A stretch of 64,000 nucleotides of DNA from Lama guanicoe (taxonomy: Eukaryota). Location: contig MU054925.1 of the NCBI GenBank assembly GCA_013239625.1, positions 3,977,934-4,041,933 on the forward strand. The letters run 5' to 3'. Both the position numbers and the translations under genes were made by a program. This document shows, piece by piece, positions 1 through 12,841 of the stretch (position 1 is its first letter; each line of letters begins with the position of its first letter). The notes below the pieces were generated by a model. The model saw nothing but the letters and a program-made list of their open reading frames with translations. It made no database searches and was not told the origin of the DNA.

Positions 1-2
1 GC

Positions 3-329
<327 letters not shown>

Positions 330-1647
330 TAATGGACACAAACCTTCATGGACTCATGCATGTTACACTTCATTTTAAATACTCTGCAGTAACTTAGTGT
401 ATTCAGGGACTGTGCCTCTCTGCCTCCCTGTTCCTTGTTGCCAGTGTTTTGGTCCTTCTTTTCCCCTCCCTGGTCAAATTCACACGCACACCTATTTCGA
501 GATTTCTGCCTGGTGGCAGCATCCAGCAGGAGAGAAAGTAAAATTGAAACCAAGGGTATCACATGCCCAGGAGCTCTTATTTAGGGTTGGCGGGAAGACT
601 TCTCTTACATGGATTTAGATTCCCAAAGCCACATGGCTCCATTACTAAGGAGAAATACAAGTTTGGGAGGTGACAGGTGTAGGACTGAGGGGTTCAGCAG
701 AGAAGAACTATGTTTTGGAGGGGCAGGAGGTGACTTGACACAGAAAACAAGCAGAGCGTTTAGTCTTCTATCATTAATCAGTTTCATAGTTTAGGGATAG
801 CACCCTTTCTAAGCGTCTATGCTGGGCAGAGACTGGTACCTAAATTAGTTCCTGCCTGAGCAGTTCAGCCTCGGCAGGTCAGCTCACTCAGCACTGAGAA
901 CAATCAGAGGCAAGGCAGCTTCAGAGGACAGTAGCCTGTTGCCTCTCCAGTCTTGACCGTAGCGCAGTTCCAGATGATCACCAAGAAACCCGCCCAGGGA
1001 GGGAGGCCCGCGAGTGTGCGAGGCTGTCAGCTGTCACTGCCTTGCCTGGTCGGTACTGCTTTCTGTACAAGAGATTTTTAGAAGTGTGAGGATTTGGACA
1101 AATCACTAGATCGTTGCCCCCCCCACCGCCCAATTCCGATTGTGACGACGACACCCCGTGTTCTTTGCATTTCCTGTGCTCTTGGTTTGATGCCTGGCAG
1201 ACTCAGCCTGGCAGACTGAAGGAGCATGGGCACTCTGGTTTGAAGATGAAAAGGTCTTTCCCTCAAAACATGTGATGGTATAAAGATGAAGGCCCTGAGC
1301 CTGTCTTAACCTGTATTCACAGGTTAGGGCTTTTGTTAGAGATCCCCGAGGCTGTCTCCTTCTAAGTGCTCAGAAAGAGCAAAGACCTCTGTGTTGTCAA
1401 GTCCACCATAAAAAGAAGCCCCCAGCCGGAAACACTGTTTAGGAAGAAATACTGTTCTGTGACAGACTAGGTCCGGAGCCAGTCCTCGAACACAGATTAT
1501 CGAAGAATTAATTTAGATGGGGGCCTCATGTTCTAATTTTTTATTGTAATTATTTCCCCATGAGTTTACTTCCCTGCTTCTTTTCCCAAGAATGTTACTG
1601 TCCTTTTTTAATAGACGTGTGTGTGTGTTGCTTTTAAAATACCAGTG

Positions 1648-1903
1648 TTTTTATTCGACTGTGGTAAGAACTCTTAACACAAGAGCTTCCCAAACAAATT
1701 TTTAAGCACACAAGACAGTATTTTTAACGCTGGGCACCACGTTGTACAGATCTCCAGCTCTTACTCATATGACGGAAACTATCCCTGCTGAACAGCAGCT
1801 CCCCACGTCCACCTCCCCCAGCCCCTGACAAGCACCATCCTGCTTTCTGCCTGTGAGTTTGACCACTTTGGATACTTAATAAGACTGGAATCGTGCAGTG
1901 TTT
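1648..1903 (-). mobile_element. old LINE-1 (L1M-type) 3'-end fragment
   Basis: Resembles L1M 3'UTR in reverse (cccccagcccctgacaagcaccatcctgctttctgcctgtgagtttgacc...ggaatcgtgcagtg); boundaries approximate. Confidence 0.65.
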
Positions 1904-3493
1904 TGTTGTTGGTGGTGGTGGTGTTTTTTTTTTTTTTAAACTTTATCTGAGTTACTAGTGAAAAAGAGAAAGGAGGCAGAGTGAAGAAGGAACAACCTGA
2001 ATGCAAGAGCTTTGCCTGTGGGTACCAGGCTGAGTTGACTTGTTGGCAGCCGAGTCTTTCTTGGCTGCCCACGTGCTTTCCGCATTCACAGCTCTGCCGT
2101 GACTGAGGAGGGGCAGGGTCCCCCGTGGACAGCCTTGTTAGTGCCCTTGGAGGTACTTTTCACTGCCTGACCACAAACAGAAATACACAGAAGTGTTCCA
2201 GTAAAATGTATACATCTGAAAATGGGAACAGTTTGGGAAACAAGTAATAGCCTCTGAGGAGAGAACTTCAGTGAGGAGGGCTGGCCTCTGAAGCAGAGGT
2301 CCTCGCCTTAGTGTAACAGCAGTCAGGGCTCACCTGGGGTGGGTCCCACATGTACACAGTGGGCCCATGGCTCCTGATGGCACCCCGCAGCCTGGCTCCC
2401 TGCTCAGCAGTGCTGACTGGTGCGTGGCCTGAGCAGCTGCCCCTGTTCTCAGCGGCCACGTCTGTTAGATACACAGAATTGGCCTGGGTGGGCTCCCTGG
2501 GTTACCTTCCCTCGCTGATCTCTGCGGTTCCTCCAAACCACAGAGCACAGTTATTATGCAGATGAGCAGCCACCATGGCCTCTTCCACCAGCAGAGCTGC
2601 AGCTGCCGTCTTTGTGGCTGAGGGTTCCCTGTGAGCAGCCTTACTTGAGTCCACAAACTTGCTGTGGGCCTCCTGTCCTGCCCACCTGCACCCATGGTTC
2701 TGAGTAGAAGCAGGGACCCCAGAAGGGGTTAGCTGAACTCTGCTGGTTGGAAAGTAGATGGTACTTTTAGGAGTGCTGATGAAGTGGCCTGGACTGATCA
2801 TTCAGAAGCCAGGTCAGTCTTTTCTTTGAGTGGGCCCAGCAAGGGAAAAACCAGCCTGGAGGCAGAACAGTGTTAGATGCGCAGCGGTGCACAGGCAAAG
2901 GCCGATAAATGAAAGCCGCCCTCACAGGTTTACCCAGCCTGGCCCATCGGCGGCGGAAGAGTGTTTGCTCCCTGATGGAATGAGCTGGAATTGGAGGGGC
3001 AGGCAGCCTGTTTGATGCCACTACGTCTTTGTTTACATTTGCCCTCCAACCTGAAGCTCAGCTGAATGACAACATATTTCATTCAGCCAACAAGGCAGTT
3101 CAAAAGCTAAAATGTGTGTGAGACCAGTTTACCCAGTGCCACATGTAACTCTGTATAGTCACAGAGTATAGTGTGCTGATAAGCAAAGGTTGTTAGTAAA
3201 GTACTTTTTAAGTGATCCTCTCTCTGGCCAAGACATGAGACTGGCGGGAGCGGGGAGGTTCAGCACGAGTGGTCACAGGAGGTAAGTATCCCCAAAGCTC
3301 TTATTGGTTACAAAGATGAGCTGTAACTGGACGGGGTGGGGCACTTTGAGCGTCTCTGCACTTCCCTCCAGGGTGGCAGGCTCATCTGGGGAGAATGGGT
3401 CTCAGATCACGGATGGGGGTTCTCCCCATGGGCGCGGAGCTGTCGGGGTTTGTCTGGATGCCTTTTTCTCATCTCCCGTGTTGTGCCTTGCAG

Positions 3494-3553
3494 ATACTGG
3501 GTTACTTTGACTATGCTTTCACAGCCATCTTTACTGTTGAAATCCTATTGAAG
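3494..3553 (+). CDS. CACNA1D: exon 22 (IIIS2) ILGYFDYAFTAIFTVEILLK
   Basis: ccttgcag|ATA...AAG|gtaatg; 60 nt, phase 0/0. Confidence 0.96.
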
Positions 3554-3633
3554 GTAATGGCTTTTTCATTGATCCTCGCATATGCTAAAGCAGCCGTAGC
3601 AATAATGGTTGTAATTCTTTGTTTACCTTCCAG

Positions 3634-3693
3634 ATGCTAGGTTATGCAGATTATGTCTTCACTGGTACTTTTGCATTTGAGATCATTTTGAAG
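3634..3693 (+). CDS. CACNA1D: alternative exon 22a (second IIIS2 copy) MLGYADYVFTGTFAFEIILK
   Basis: ttaccttccag|ATG...AAG|gtaaca; 60 nt, same phase and paralogous peptide as exon 22, 80 nt downstream of it. Confidence 0.88.
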
Positions 3694-6165
3694 GTAACAC
3701 GTTCCACAGGAGTGTGTTTTAGGGGCCTGCTCCTATGTGTGACACACAGCCAAGACGTGTGACGTGCTTTTGGCCCTTTTCAGTTTTTGTCCTCTGTGAT
3801 CAAGCTCCACTTTTTTTTTTAACCAAAGAATTTTTTTCTGTAACCATTCAACTTGGTTTTGCTGTTTCTTTTTAACCTTTGAATGCATGAGGGAGCTCCT
3901 TTGGCTTCCTAATAGCAATTGGAAATTCCTTTTTGCTCCATTTTTTTATATCCCCTGAATTTGTCAACTGGTAACAGGTACAACACTATGTGTGAACTTT
4001 CTTCCACCCTTCCTGACGTCAAAGTCAGAAGAAAAGCATTTCTTCGACGAAGGGGATGTCTCTCTTCTCATTTCTTTGGCTGCATTTTCAGTTCCCTAAA
4101 ATAGTAACACACTATTTTCTTGCAAGAGGATATTTGCAAGACAGTGTTGGTCTCTTTGTGTTAAGATATTTTAATGGATGGGCTTACATTTGCTCAACGA
4201 GAAGAGCTCCCTTTGGGCAGGGCTCCCGGAATGTACTGCCCATGCATGAGCTACGCGTTGCCACTGCTACATGTGGTTTGTGTACTGGTTGTGAAGGCCA
4301 CCTTGGGGTGAGCTCATTCCAGTGTACTCCGAGGTCTGGAGACCCGCAGCAGAGAGCCCAGAACCCCCAGACTTGCTAAGAGGTGGGCATCGCAGCAGCC
4401 CTGGGACAGTGTGGCCTCTGACAACTGTCAGAGCACTCATCTCCTAGTGGGGAGGCAAGCTGGGAAATGAAGGCTTTGAACCACATTTCTTTAAAATCAT
4501 TTTGGGTTTTTTGTGTGTGCATCTCAGGAAAAGAATGTATTTTATGTTAGACTACTGTGGAACTTGGGCTCTTTACAAACTCTTCTATAAAATGAAACCT
4601 CAGTTAACATTCCAGGCAATAGAGTATTTAGTTATTTTCTTTCTTTTTTTTTGTTAGTGAAAATATTAGCACAAAACCAACCAACACCTCTTTAAACCCC
4701 TGTTAAAAATCTTCTAAATATTTGAGTTCATTTTCTTGCCTTTTTTGCCAGTAAACTTGGTTAACAGTTGTCCTAAGTGAGATGTGTGCCTGGGCTAGTG
4801 AGCGGATTCTAGCACCTCTCCGTGGCACGGGGCATCGATGCAGAAGGCACAGGGCGTGGGGTGCAAGGACCCTCGCCTGGCCTCTGCTGGATCCTGAGCT
4901 GCCTCTTTCTCCACTCTCCCCCCTTTTTTTTTCCTTTGTAATTTGCCTTCTCCTCTAACTGAATAGAAAAATGTTCTACTTAACCTGTTAGCCTGGTTAA
5001 TTGAGGTTTTATTTTACTTTCCACATTTTTAAGTTGTTCAATGAATATAGTTACTGTTGGGCTTCAGAGTTTTCCTTTGTTTAAAAGAAAAAACCCATGT
5101 TGCTGCTTTTCAATTTCTGTATATTTGTCTCAGTGACTTAAATCTTTGAAGTCAGTCTTCATTTTGAAGGTATCTTGGAGAACAGAAAATAAGCTGAAAT
5201 AAGGATTCAGAAAGTGGGAGGTTCTCCAAGAAGTAGCTGACATCTGAAAGGGTGGTTCCTGGTGGCCTGGGGAAGATTTGGGAGGCTGTTTGGTTACTAG
5301 GTTAAACCATTTGAAGTGGCCTTTTTTATGTGTTAAAAAGGGTTAATTAAGTATTGGCAGATACATATGGTCCAGGGTAATTAGTTCCTGGCTCTGCATC
5401 TCTTCTCTTATACTTATCTGAGCCTTTACCCATTTTTTTTTAATAAGCAGTGAACTTCATGTTTTAGAGTGTTTAGAGCACTTCTTTACTAAACTCCTTT
5501 TCCAGAGTTGCCCGCAGTGGTGTCCGGGCACACAGGGCTGTGACTTTGAGAGCGGTGAGGCTCACATGGCGAGGCCAGGGGACGGCTTCCTAGCCACAGC
5601 TGGCACGTGCTAGAGCAGCTGGGCTTCAAGGAGCCTTTTATGGCTGTATCACCAAGGACCATTATCAGCAGTAAGGGGCCTGGAGAAGTGATTCAAGTTT
5701 CTATGTCAGCAGAGCGTGGGAGCCCGGGACTCCAGTGCATCTTCTAGCCCCAGCTAAGAGGCCTGGATGGGAACAGTGTGAGCTCTCCAGGGGTCTCCGA
5801 GGGGCCAGAACCAGCATTTTACAGGGAGGCCAGGTTGTCTGGGCAGCGATTATGTCATGACAAACCTGGTCACATAAACTCTTTCCTGAGACAGAGCCTT
5901 AGGACATGCCAATGATATATTCATACTTGAAATGTGTCATCGCTGTAACGAAGTCTACATTGGTCTCTTCTTTTAAAATGTATTGGAAATGAGCTGCCTT
6001 TTTTCATTTTTGAACAAAGCATTCAGTTGCTCTGCCTTGTTGGTTTACATTTCTGGCACACTTGTTCATAAAGTCATATTTTGCTCAAGATTTTGTAAAG
6101 AGCCCAGGTTTCATTTTCTCTGGAGAGAAAAAAAAACAGTAAATTCCTCATGTTTCTGCTTCTAG

Positions 6166-6273
<108 letters not shown>

Positions 6274-7728
6274 TAAGTATTCTGGGGGGGGTGTACACAG
6301 GACCGTTGGGCAGGACGGTCTCTGCGGGGAACTTTAACATAATGCATAAAGCCTTGGCATTGTTTTAATGATGACACTCCGCTATCTGGGAAAGCTTAGT
6401 TAGTGCCCATGTCAGAAAGCATTGGGACAGCTCCTGCATTTTTGTGGTTCTGTTTTTCTTTTCATGCCCTCTGTTGGGTTGGGCTCAATACTCTGTGATA
6501 TTTGCTTTCAACAGGGGGTGAAAGATGTCTTGACTAGGAGGGAGAGCAGCTGGGCTGTATTCTGGATTCTCCAGGGGCTGGCCCAGGGCCTGGGAGCCGG
6601 GGATCCTCTCCCAGAGTCTCAGTTCCCCATCTAGGAGGGTTAGGACTAGGTGGCCTCTCAGACCAGCTTGGATATTGAAGGCTTTCCTTTATCTCCAGGA
6701 TAGATCAGCTGCTATGACCCTTTTCTTTTGGCCTCTACAGTTTTCATCTAGGAGGGGCCAAAGCTGCAAGTCAGAGCCCCAGGGCCTCTCCATGGCCTTG
6801 TGGGATTTCTGGTGGGGGGTAGCCTGAGCTGCACACTGCCTGCCTGCTGTACACGGGGGTTTGGGGCAGAGGCTCCAATGGGAGTGTCCAGGGGTGGCCT
6901 TGCTTTCCTGCTGACTTTGAAGCACCTCTGCTTAGGTGCTGACCATCAGTAGCCCCCATATGAGAGTGTGGGTACGTACATGACCTCTGAGCTAAAGGTG
7001 AAGGAGAGACTCTGTCCCCCTCAGAAGACCAAGGACCCCTGCCTGAAACTGCCCTATGTGCTCATCTTCATCCTCGCCTCCCATCATTGCCTGGTGGGAG
7101 GGAGCCACATAGTCACAACTTGGAAAGACATTCTCACTAGTGTTTTTGCAACTCCTCTAAGCTCCCAGCTGTGCCTACAGCCTCCAGCTGCTGCCCAGTC
7201 CACTGCCTCCCAGGCATGTGCTTGGGCCGCACTCAGCCACTTGCCACTACATGAGCCGCAGCTTCCAATCTAGGGCCTTCGCAGGTGCTGCCCCCTCAGC
7301 TGGAGCCCCTTCCCCCTTTGTCTAGCTAAATCCCACTCCCCCCCTGGGATTCACCTGGACATCACTTCCAGGGAGCCATCCCGGACTCCCTAAGGCATGG
7401 TCCCCTGGCATCACAGACCACCTTCCCTCTGTTGTCACACCCACATGCTGGGTTACAGCCCCATCTCTCCTACCAAAGAGTGGACTCTTAGGCCAGAGAA
7501 GCCCGGCACCAGGGCACTGCAGCAGGCCTCCAAACAGAAAGCCAAACCAACACAGCTGAAGCCTAGAAGCCGAGTGCTACCTGGTGTTCACATCAGGTGG
7601 GAGCCATGGGAGAGATGAGCTCCACTCCCACATGTTGCATAGTCCATATTAAAGTGAAATTATCTCCAAGTATTTTCTCCCATTATAATACATCCTGCTT
7701 GCTTGCTTTCCTCTGTTCTTTCCCTTAG

Positions 7729-7816
7729 ATCCAGTGCCATCTCTGTTGTGAAGATTCTGAGGGTCTTAAGGGTCCTGAGGCCACTCAGGGCAATCAACAG
7801 AGCAAAAGGACTTAAG
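7729..7816 (+). CDS. CACNA1D: exon 24 (IIIS4 voltage sensor) [29 protein letters not shown]
   Basis: tcccttag|A...AAG|gtttgg; 88 nt; R/K at every third residue. Confidence 0.96.
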
Positions 7817-7947
7817 GTTTGGATTCCTCTCTGGGTTGGGTGGGCTTTGGTTGGGGTTAGCTGTCCTCACTGACCTCTCTGGACTGGGGCTGGGCTGAGG
7901 CCTGATGGATTTTCAAGTGGGTTATACATTTGAAAAGGACATTTCTG

Positions 7948-8126
7948 GGAGGGCATAGCTCAGTAATAGAGTGCATGCTTAGCAAGCACAAGATCCTGGG
8001 TTCAATCCCCAGCGCCTCCATTAAAATAAATAAATAAACCTAATTACCTCATCCCACCCCAAAACAAACAAAAGTAGCCTGAACATGGTAGATTAATTAA
8101 ACCAGGTTATTAAAAAAAGAAAAAGG
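7948..8126 (+). mobile_element. tRNA-derived SINE, camelid Vic-1-like
   Basis: Head ggagggcatagctcagtaatagag (A box) ... gggttcaatccc (B box), body attaaaataaataaataaacctaattacctc, A-rich tail; perfect 14-bp TSD aaaggacatttctg at 7934-7947 and 8127-8140. Family name recalled, not searched. Confidence 0.85.
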
Positions 8127-8577
8127 AAAGGACATTTCTGACCAACAAAGCTGCCTCTGCCAAGTGCTGGTAGCATTTTTTAAGTTATTATTTGTTTTTG
8201 TTAATTTATTTTTCTTTATTTGATTACTATTTATTACTTTTTTCATTATTAATAATTTTTAGCCTTTAAATCTGTTCTCATGCAGTTCATATGGAAGGCC
8301 AGAGGGTTTGGCACTTCTTCTGACTAAACTCACTGCTTTAGAGGACACCAAGGAGGGGCTGCTAACAGGGCATTCCTCCCCGGTGGCCACAGCGCACTGG
8401 GGGCAGCTCCCCACAGATAGCTACCTGAAAGAGGAAGCACAGGGAACTGCCAAGTTGGAAAATCATATAAAAATGCCCTTAAACATAGAAAATCCTGGCT
8501 GGTATTAGCTCACCCTGTGGCTAAAACAACACAGACAATTAACACTCCCCTGTACCCTCCCTGCCCCATCTCCCCAG

Positions 8578-8685
8578 CACGTTGTCCAGTGCGTCTTTGT
8601 GGCCATCCGGACAATTGGCAACATCATGATCGTCACCACCCTGCTCCAGTTCATGTTCGCCTGCATTGGGGTTCAGCTGTTCAAG
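8578..8685 (+). CDS. CACNA1D: exon 25 (IIIS5) [36 protein letters not shown]
   Basis: tccccag|CAC...AAG|gtactg; 108 nt. Confidence 0.96.
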
Positions 8686-8769
8686 GTACTGGGAGGGCCT
8701 TCATGCTCAGATCCCATCTCCTCCTGTAGAGGAAGCCTGCGTTTGACAGTGTGTGTGTTTTGTACCCAG

Positions 8770-8822
8770 GGAAAGTTCTATCGCTGTACCGACGAAGCCA
8801 AAAGTAACCCTGAAGAATGCAG
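8770..8822 (+). CDS. CACNA1D: exon 26 [18 protein letters not shown]
   Basis: acccag|GGA...AG|gtgagc; 53 nt, after an 84-nt intron. Confidence 0.95.
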
Positions 8823-8965
8823 GTGAGCGTTCTGAATGCAGGAGTGGGGAATTTGGAGGGACAGACAGAAAGCTTCAAGAATTTGCTCGTCCCAGTGTTC
8901 TAGGAGTTGTCGTCGTGGACGATAAGAGGCCTGAGTGCTCACCTCACGGCTGAGAGGTGGAGAGG

Positions 8966-9100
8966 TTTTGTTTGGAGGTGAAATTCACCTAACAAAATTA
9001 ATCATTTTAAACTGTGCAGTTCGGTGGCATTTCGTGCAGTCACGTTGTGGTGCAAGCACCACCTCTATCTAGTTCCAAAGCTTTTCATCATCCTAAAAGA
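8966..9100 (-). mobile_element. old LINE-1 (L1MB-like) 3'-terminal fragment
   Basis: gaggtgaaattcacctaacaaaattaatcattttaaactgtgcagttc...caccacctctatctagttccaaa resembles an L1MB 3' end in reverse. Confidence 0.65.
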
Positions 9101-10177
9101 ATGGACAGATGGCTTCTGATGTTTGGTATAGAGTCAGTAAACTGGTGGGGGGGCACTAAAACTTAAAATAACATTATGAGATGCCCCAGAAAACTCTTCT
9201 CACAGACATGTGGATAACTTTTTCCCCAAGCCAGAACTCGAAACATAATTTCCTGGTGTTCAGGAGCTGGCTGCCCTCTTCTGACAGGTCCCTGGCTACT
9301 TCTTCCCTTGCTCCCATCACCCACATTTAGGCCATGTTTCTATTCACAAGAACAGGAAGAGGAGAAAACAGGTGGGAAATAGTCACTCTTATCCCAACCC
9401 ATCCAGAAGACTATGAAGACAGATCAGAAACCACTGCCTGAAGTTCTGAGACTGTGCAGAAGTCCCGGTGTCCCTGCCCTTTTGTGATGTCCCTAGTCAA
9501 GGCCTGGCACTGCTTGTGTTCGTTTGGGGTTTCTTCTCAGCAGAAGGTGCCGTCAGAGAGCACCAGTTGCCACATAACTGTGACCGTGTACCTCCGGGGG
9601 CACTGTTCTCACTGTGGGTGAGGGTGGCCCCCGGAGGGGACAGCACAGCAGTCGTGTGAAGATGCCTCCCCTTCCCTCCCTACGTCGGCTTCCTCATCTG
9701 TGAAACAGAGACATTGGAATCCTTCCAGAAAGGAAATTCTGTGAGCGGTCTGGTGTGCCAACCATTACAGAGTTCTTTTGGAAAGAAAAGTGGGAATATT
9801 GTTAGTGTAAGAGAGGAATTTGATTAAAACTAAAATGCAGACAAGAAGGTTCCTGGGCTTGTTTCCCAGAGCTTGTGGAATTCTCCACGGCCAAAGCATT
9901 TGGGTCTTCATTGCACACTTGGAGCCCGTTGTATGAGAGATGGGTCTTGTTGGCTAGTTTTCATTTGTGATCAGGCACATGCTGGGTGTCTGCCTGGTCA
10001 CTGTGGAGAATACTCATGTAACTAACCATTGCTTGGCATTTATTTGAACCGTGGAGTAGATTAAATGCAGGGCAAGATATGGAGAAATGCAGCCTATGAA
10101 CCAGTGAACCAAGCATGACCATGATGCCTGGGGGAGGGACTGGGCAGGGCGACCAATTCCATGTTCAGCTGGGGTGA

Positions 10178-10348
<171 letters not shown>

Positions 10349-12077
10349 TGAGTACTGGGATCTCACAGCTTTGCCGCCACTCTGGGCTCAGCCGGCTCTC
10401 CTGCAGCGAGTCCTGCTGCCTTTCTCCACTTCTGCTGGCCTTTTCTATGACTTGCTAACTTTGGGCTACTTTTCAGTCATTTCCGGGCCCAGGAGGCTCC
10501 TCTGTCTAATTAGGCAAATGATTGACCTCTGTGGCCAGCTGCCGGGGCTCTCGGATTTGAGAAGCAGGGGTGGGGTAGATCCCAGGTGGTGGCGCATCTC
10601 AGCTGGCTCCTAGGGAACGTCCCTGGAAGGGAATGGGGAGACCTCAGAGGCATTTTTCGTGTCAGTTCCTGTGTAGCCACATCGGTAAAACTGCCCTTAC
10701 GCTGTTCCTAAAGAGGGCCGTGACAGTGTCCCAGATGGTTAGTTCATTGATTTATTCATTTCTCACACTAATATGAGTCATTGTGCCCTGTCTTTCACTG
10801 ACGTACTCACTTGCTCCTTCGTAAAATGTGCTTTTGAGACCAGCTCCATGCAACATGTGGAAGGAACAGAGCTGTCCTGACGTGGTTTGCCCTTTCAAAG
10901 CCCTTATCTAGTCAGTGTCTGGCAGCCAAGCCAGGCAGGAGGGTCCTGGTGCATCAGAGACATGCAGCACAGGGTCCTGAGGAATGGCTAGGATTTTGTG
11001 GATAAAGTCAGAAAAACTGAAAGATGGAAGAAGACAGGGTACAGAAGGAGAGTCTCTTACATTTTTATTATTCCCTGCTCTCTGATAGCCCACCGACTCC
11101 TGCTACTAGAACACGTATACATAGATGCAGTTCTGAATGTCAAGTTCTCGTGCTCAGAAGAACTGCAGAAGGTGGCCAGGCTGGCAGGACTCTCTGGGTG
11201 CATGGGGTGTCTAGAGTCCTGCAGACTGAAAGGACAGTTGGGTGGGGCTTGTTCATTAGGGAATTTATCTTGGGAGAAGAGGAGGATAGAGTGAGAGCCT
11301 ACATTCTACAGAGCCACGGGCTCTAGTCTCAGATTTTAAGCACTGCACTGTAGCAGATGTGGGTGGCCACTGCCACCAGGGATAGCAGTAACATGAACAA
11401 ACCTGGGACCTGGGGCTCAGATGAGTTGATCCCAACTTCCAGCTCTGCCCCCAGGACCGTGACCTTGGGCACTTAGGTCTCTCTCTGAATTTCCTTTAGA
11501 TGGGGATGACAGCCTTTCCAGATGGATGTGAAAGTGTCTAGCACAGTGCATCCTTGGGGGCAGGTGCCTGAGAAAGGCTGAATCTGCATCAGAATGGGGG
11601 TAAATTGAATTGGAGGCTGTTAGAGTAATTTCCCTTCTTCCTGTTCAGAGTTCTCCTTGGCATATATTAATTTTAGTGCACATTTCAGTCTGGGGATCCT
11701 CTCTTAGTTCTTTGGAATTACTCTGGCTGTCCTGTTTACAGCTTTCAATTCTGCCAGTGTCTTCCACATGATGTTCCTCCTTCATTCTATCTGTGAATAG
11801 AAAGGAACATTATTGAATATTTGTAAAATCTTTTGCAGTCCTCAGAGCAATCAGTCAACAAATATATCCCAGGTGCTCACTCCTCAAGGTGCTGGGCATG
11901 CTGGCCTAATGCTAAGGAGGCTTCCTGAGAGACTGCTCTGTGTCCAGGGACCTTGGGGTGGGCACTGACGGTCATTGCCCCCAAGGTGTTGGGAAGAGGG
12001 ACACCTGCAAAGGCAGTGGGGCTGAGCTGCTGGGGCCGAGCGGTTGGCGGTGCTCACTGGGCACTTGTGCTCCCCAG

Positions 12078-12279
12078 GTTGCTGTACAGAGCCATCGACT
12101 CGAACGGAGAGAACGTCGGCCCCATCTACAACTACCGCGTGGAGATCTCCATCTTCTTCATCATCTACATCATCATCGTAGCGTTCTTCATGATGAACAT
12201 CTTTGTGGGCTTCGTCATCGTCACTTTTCAGGAGCAGGGGGAGAAAGAGTATAAGAACTGTGAGCTGGACAAAAATCAG
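12078..12279 (+). CDS. CACNA1D: exon 28 (IIIS6) [67 protein letters not shown]
   Basis: tccccag|G...CAG|gttaaa; 202 nt. Confidence 0.97.
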
Positions 12280-12639
12280 GTTAAAGTCACACACTGTTTG
12301 GGCTTCCATCCCTTGAGCAAGAGAGGACTGATTTCTCTTTTGATGACTTGCCCCTGGGCAGAGAGGGGCGCCCACCTGCTGTCTGTCCCTGGGCTTGGCT
12401 TCCCGTTCAGAGCATGCATTCAGCCGGTTTGAGTCATTAGTGTTGAAGGTTAGTTTCCCAGATGCAGATTAGAGTGTAATTTTGAAATTTACCCGCAGAC
12501 TTGTAGGTGAGAAGTCAGAAGGCTGCCTTCTGTGGTCATGACCCACTAGTGGCAGCTCAGAATCATGTAGGGTGGTGTGGCTTGGGTCCAGAAAGCACTC
12601 ACTGACACGCACACAGTCCCTACTGAGGGAGTCTTTTAT

Positions 12640-12841
12640 CTGGACTGTTGACATTTGAGGCTGGATAATTCTTTGTTGCGCTCTGTGTGCTGTACAGGAT
12701 GTTTAGCAGCATCCCTGGCCTCTACCCACTAGATTCCAGTAGTACCTTCTGCCCTCCCTCACCCACCATTCCCGTGCCATTTCCAGTGACAACCAAAAAC
12801 ATTTCCAGACATTGTCAGATGTCCCTAGTTGAGAACCATTG
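12640..12841 (-). mobile_element. MER20 (hAT-Charlie) DNA transposon relic
   Basis: Diagnostic ggatgtttagcagcatccctggcctctacccactagat...acaaccaaaaacatttccagacattgtcagatgtccc...gttgagaaccattg. Confidence 0.85.

Noticed and set aside
7948-8020. tRNA gene
   Set aside because: The tRNA-like head continues into a SINE body and A-rich tail bounded by a TSD.
11884-12375. 163-aa acidic antisense ORF
   Set aside because: Shadow of the ATC/TTC-rich IIIS6 exon read on the opposite strand.
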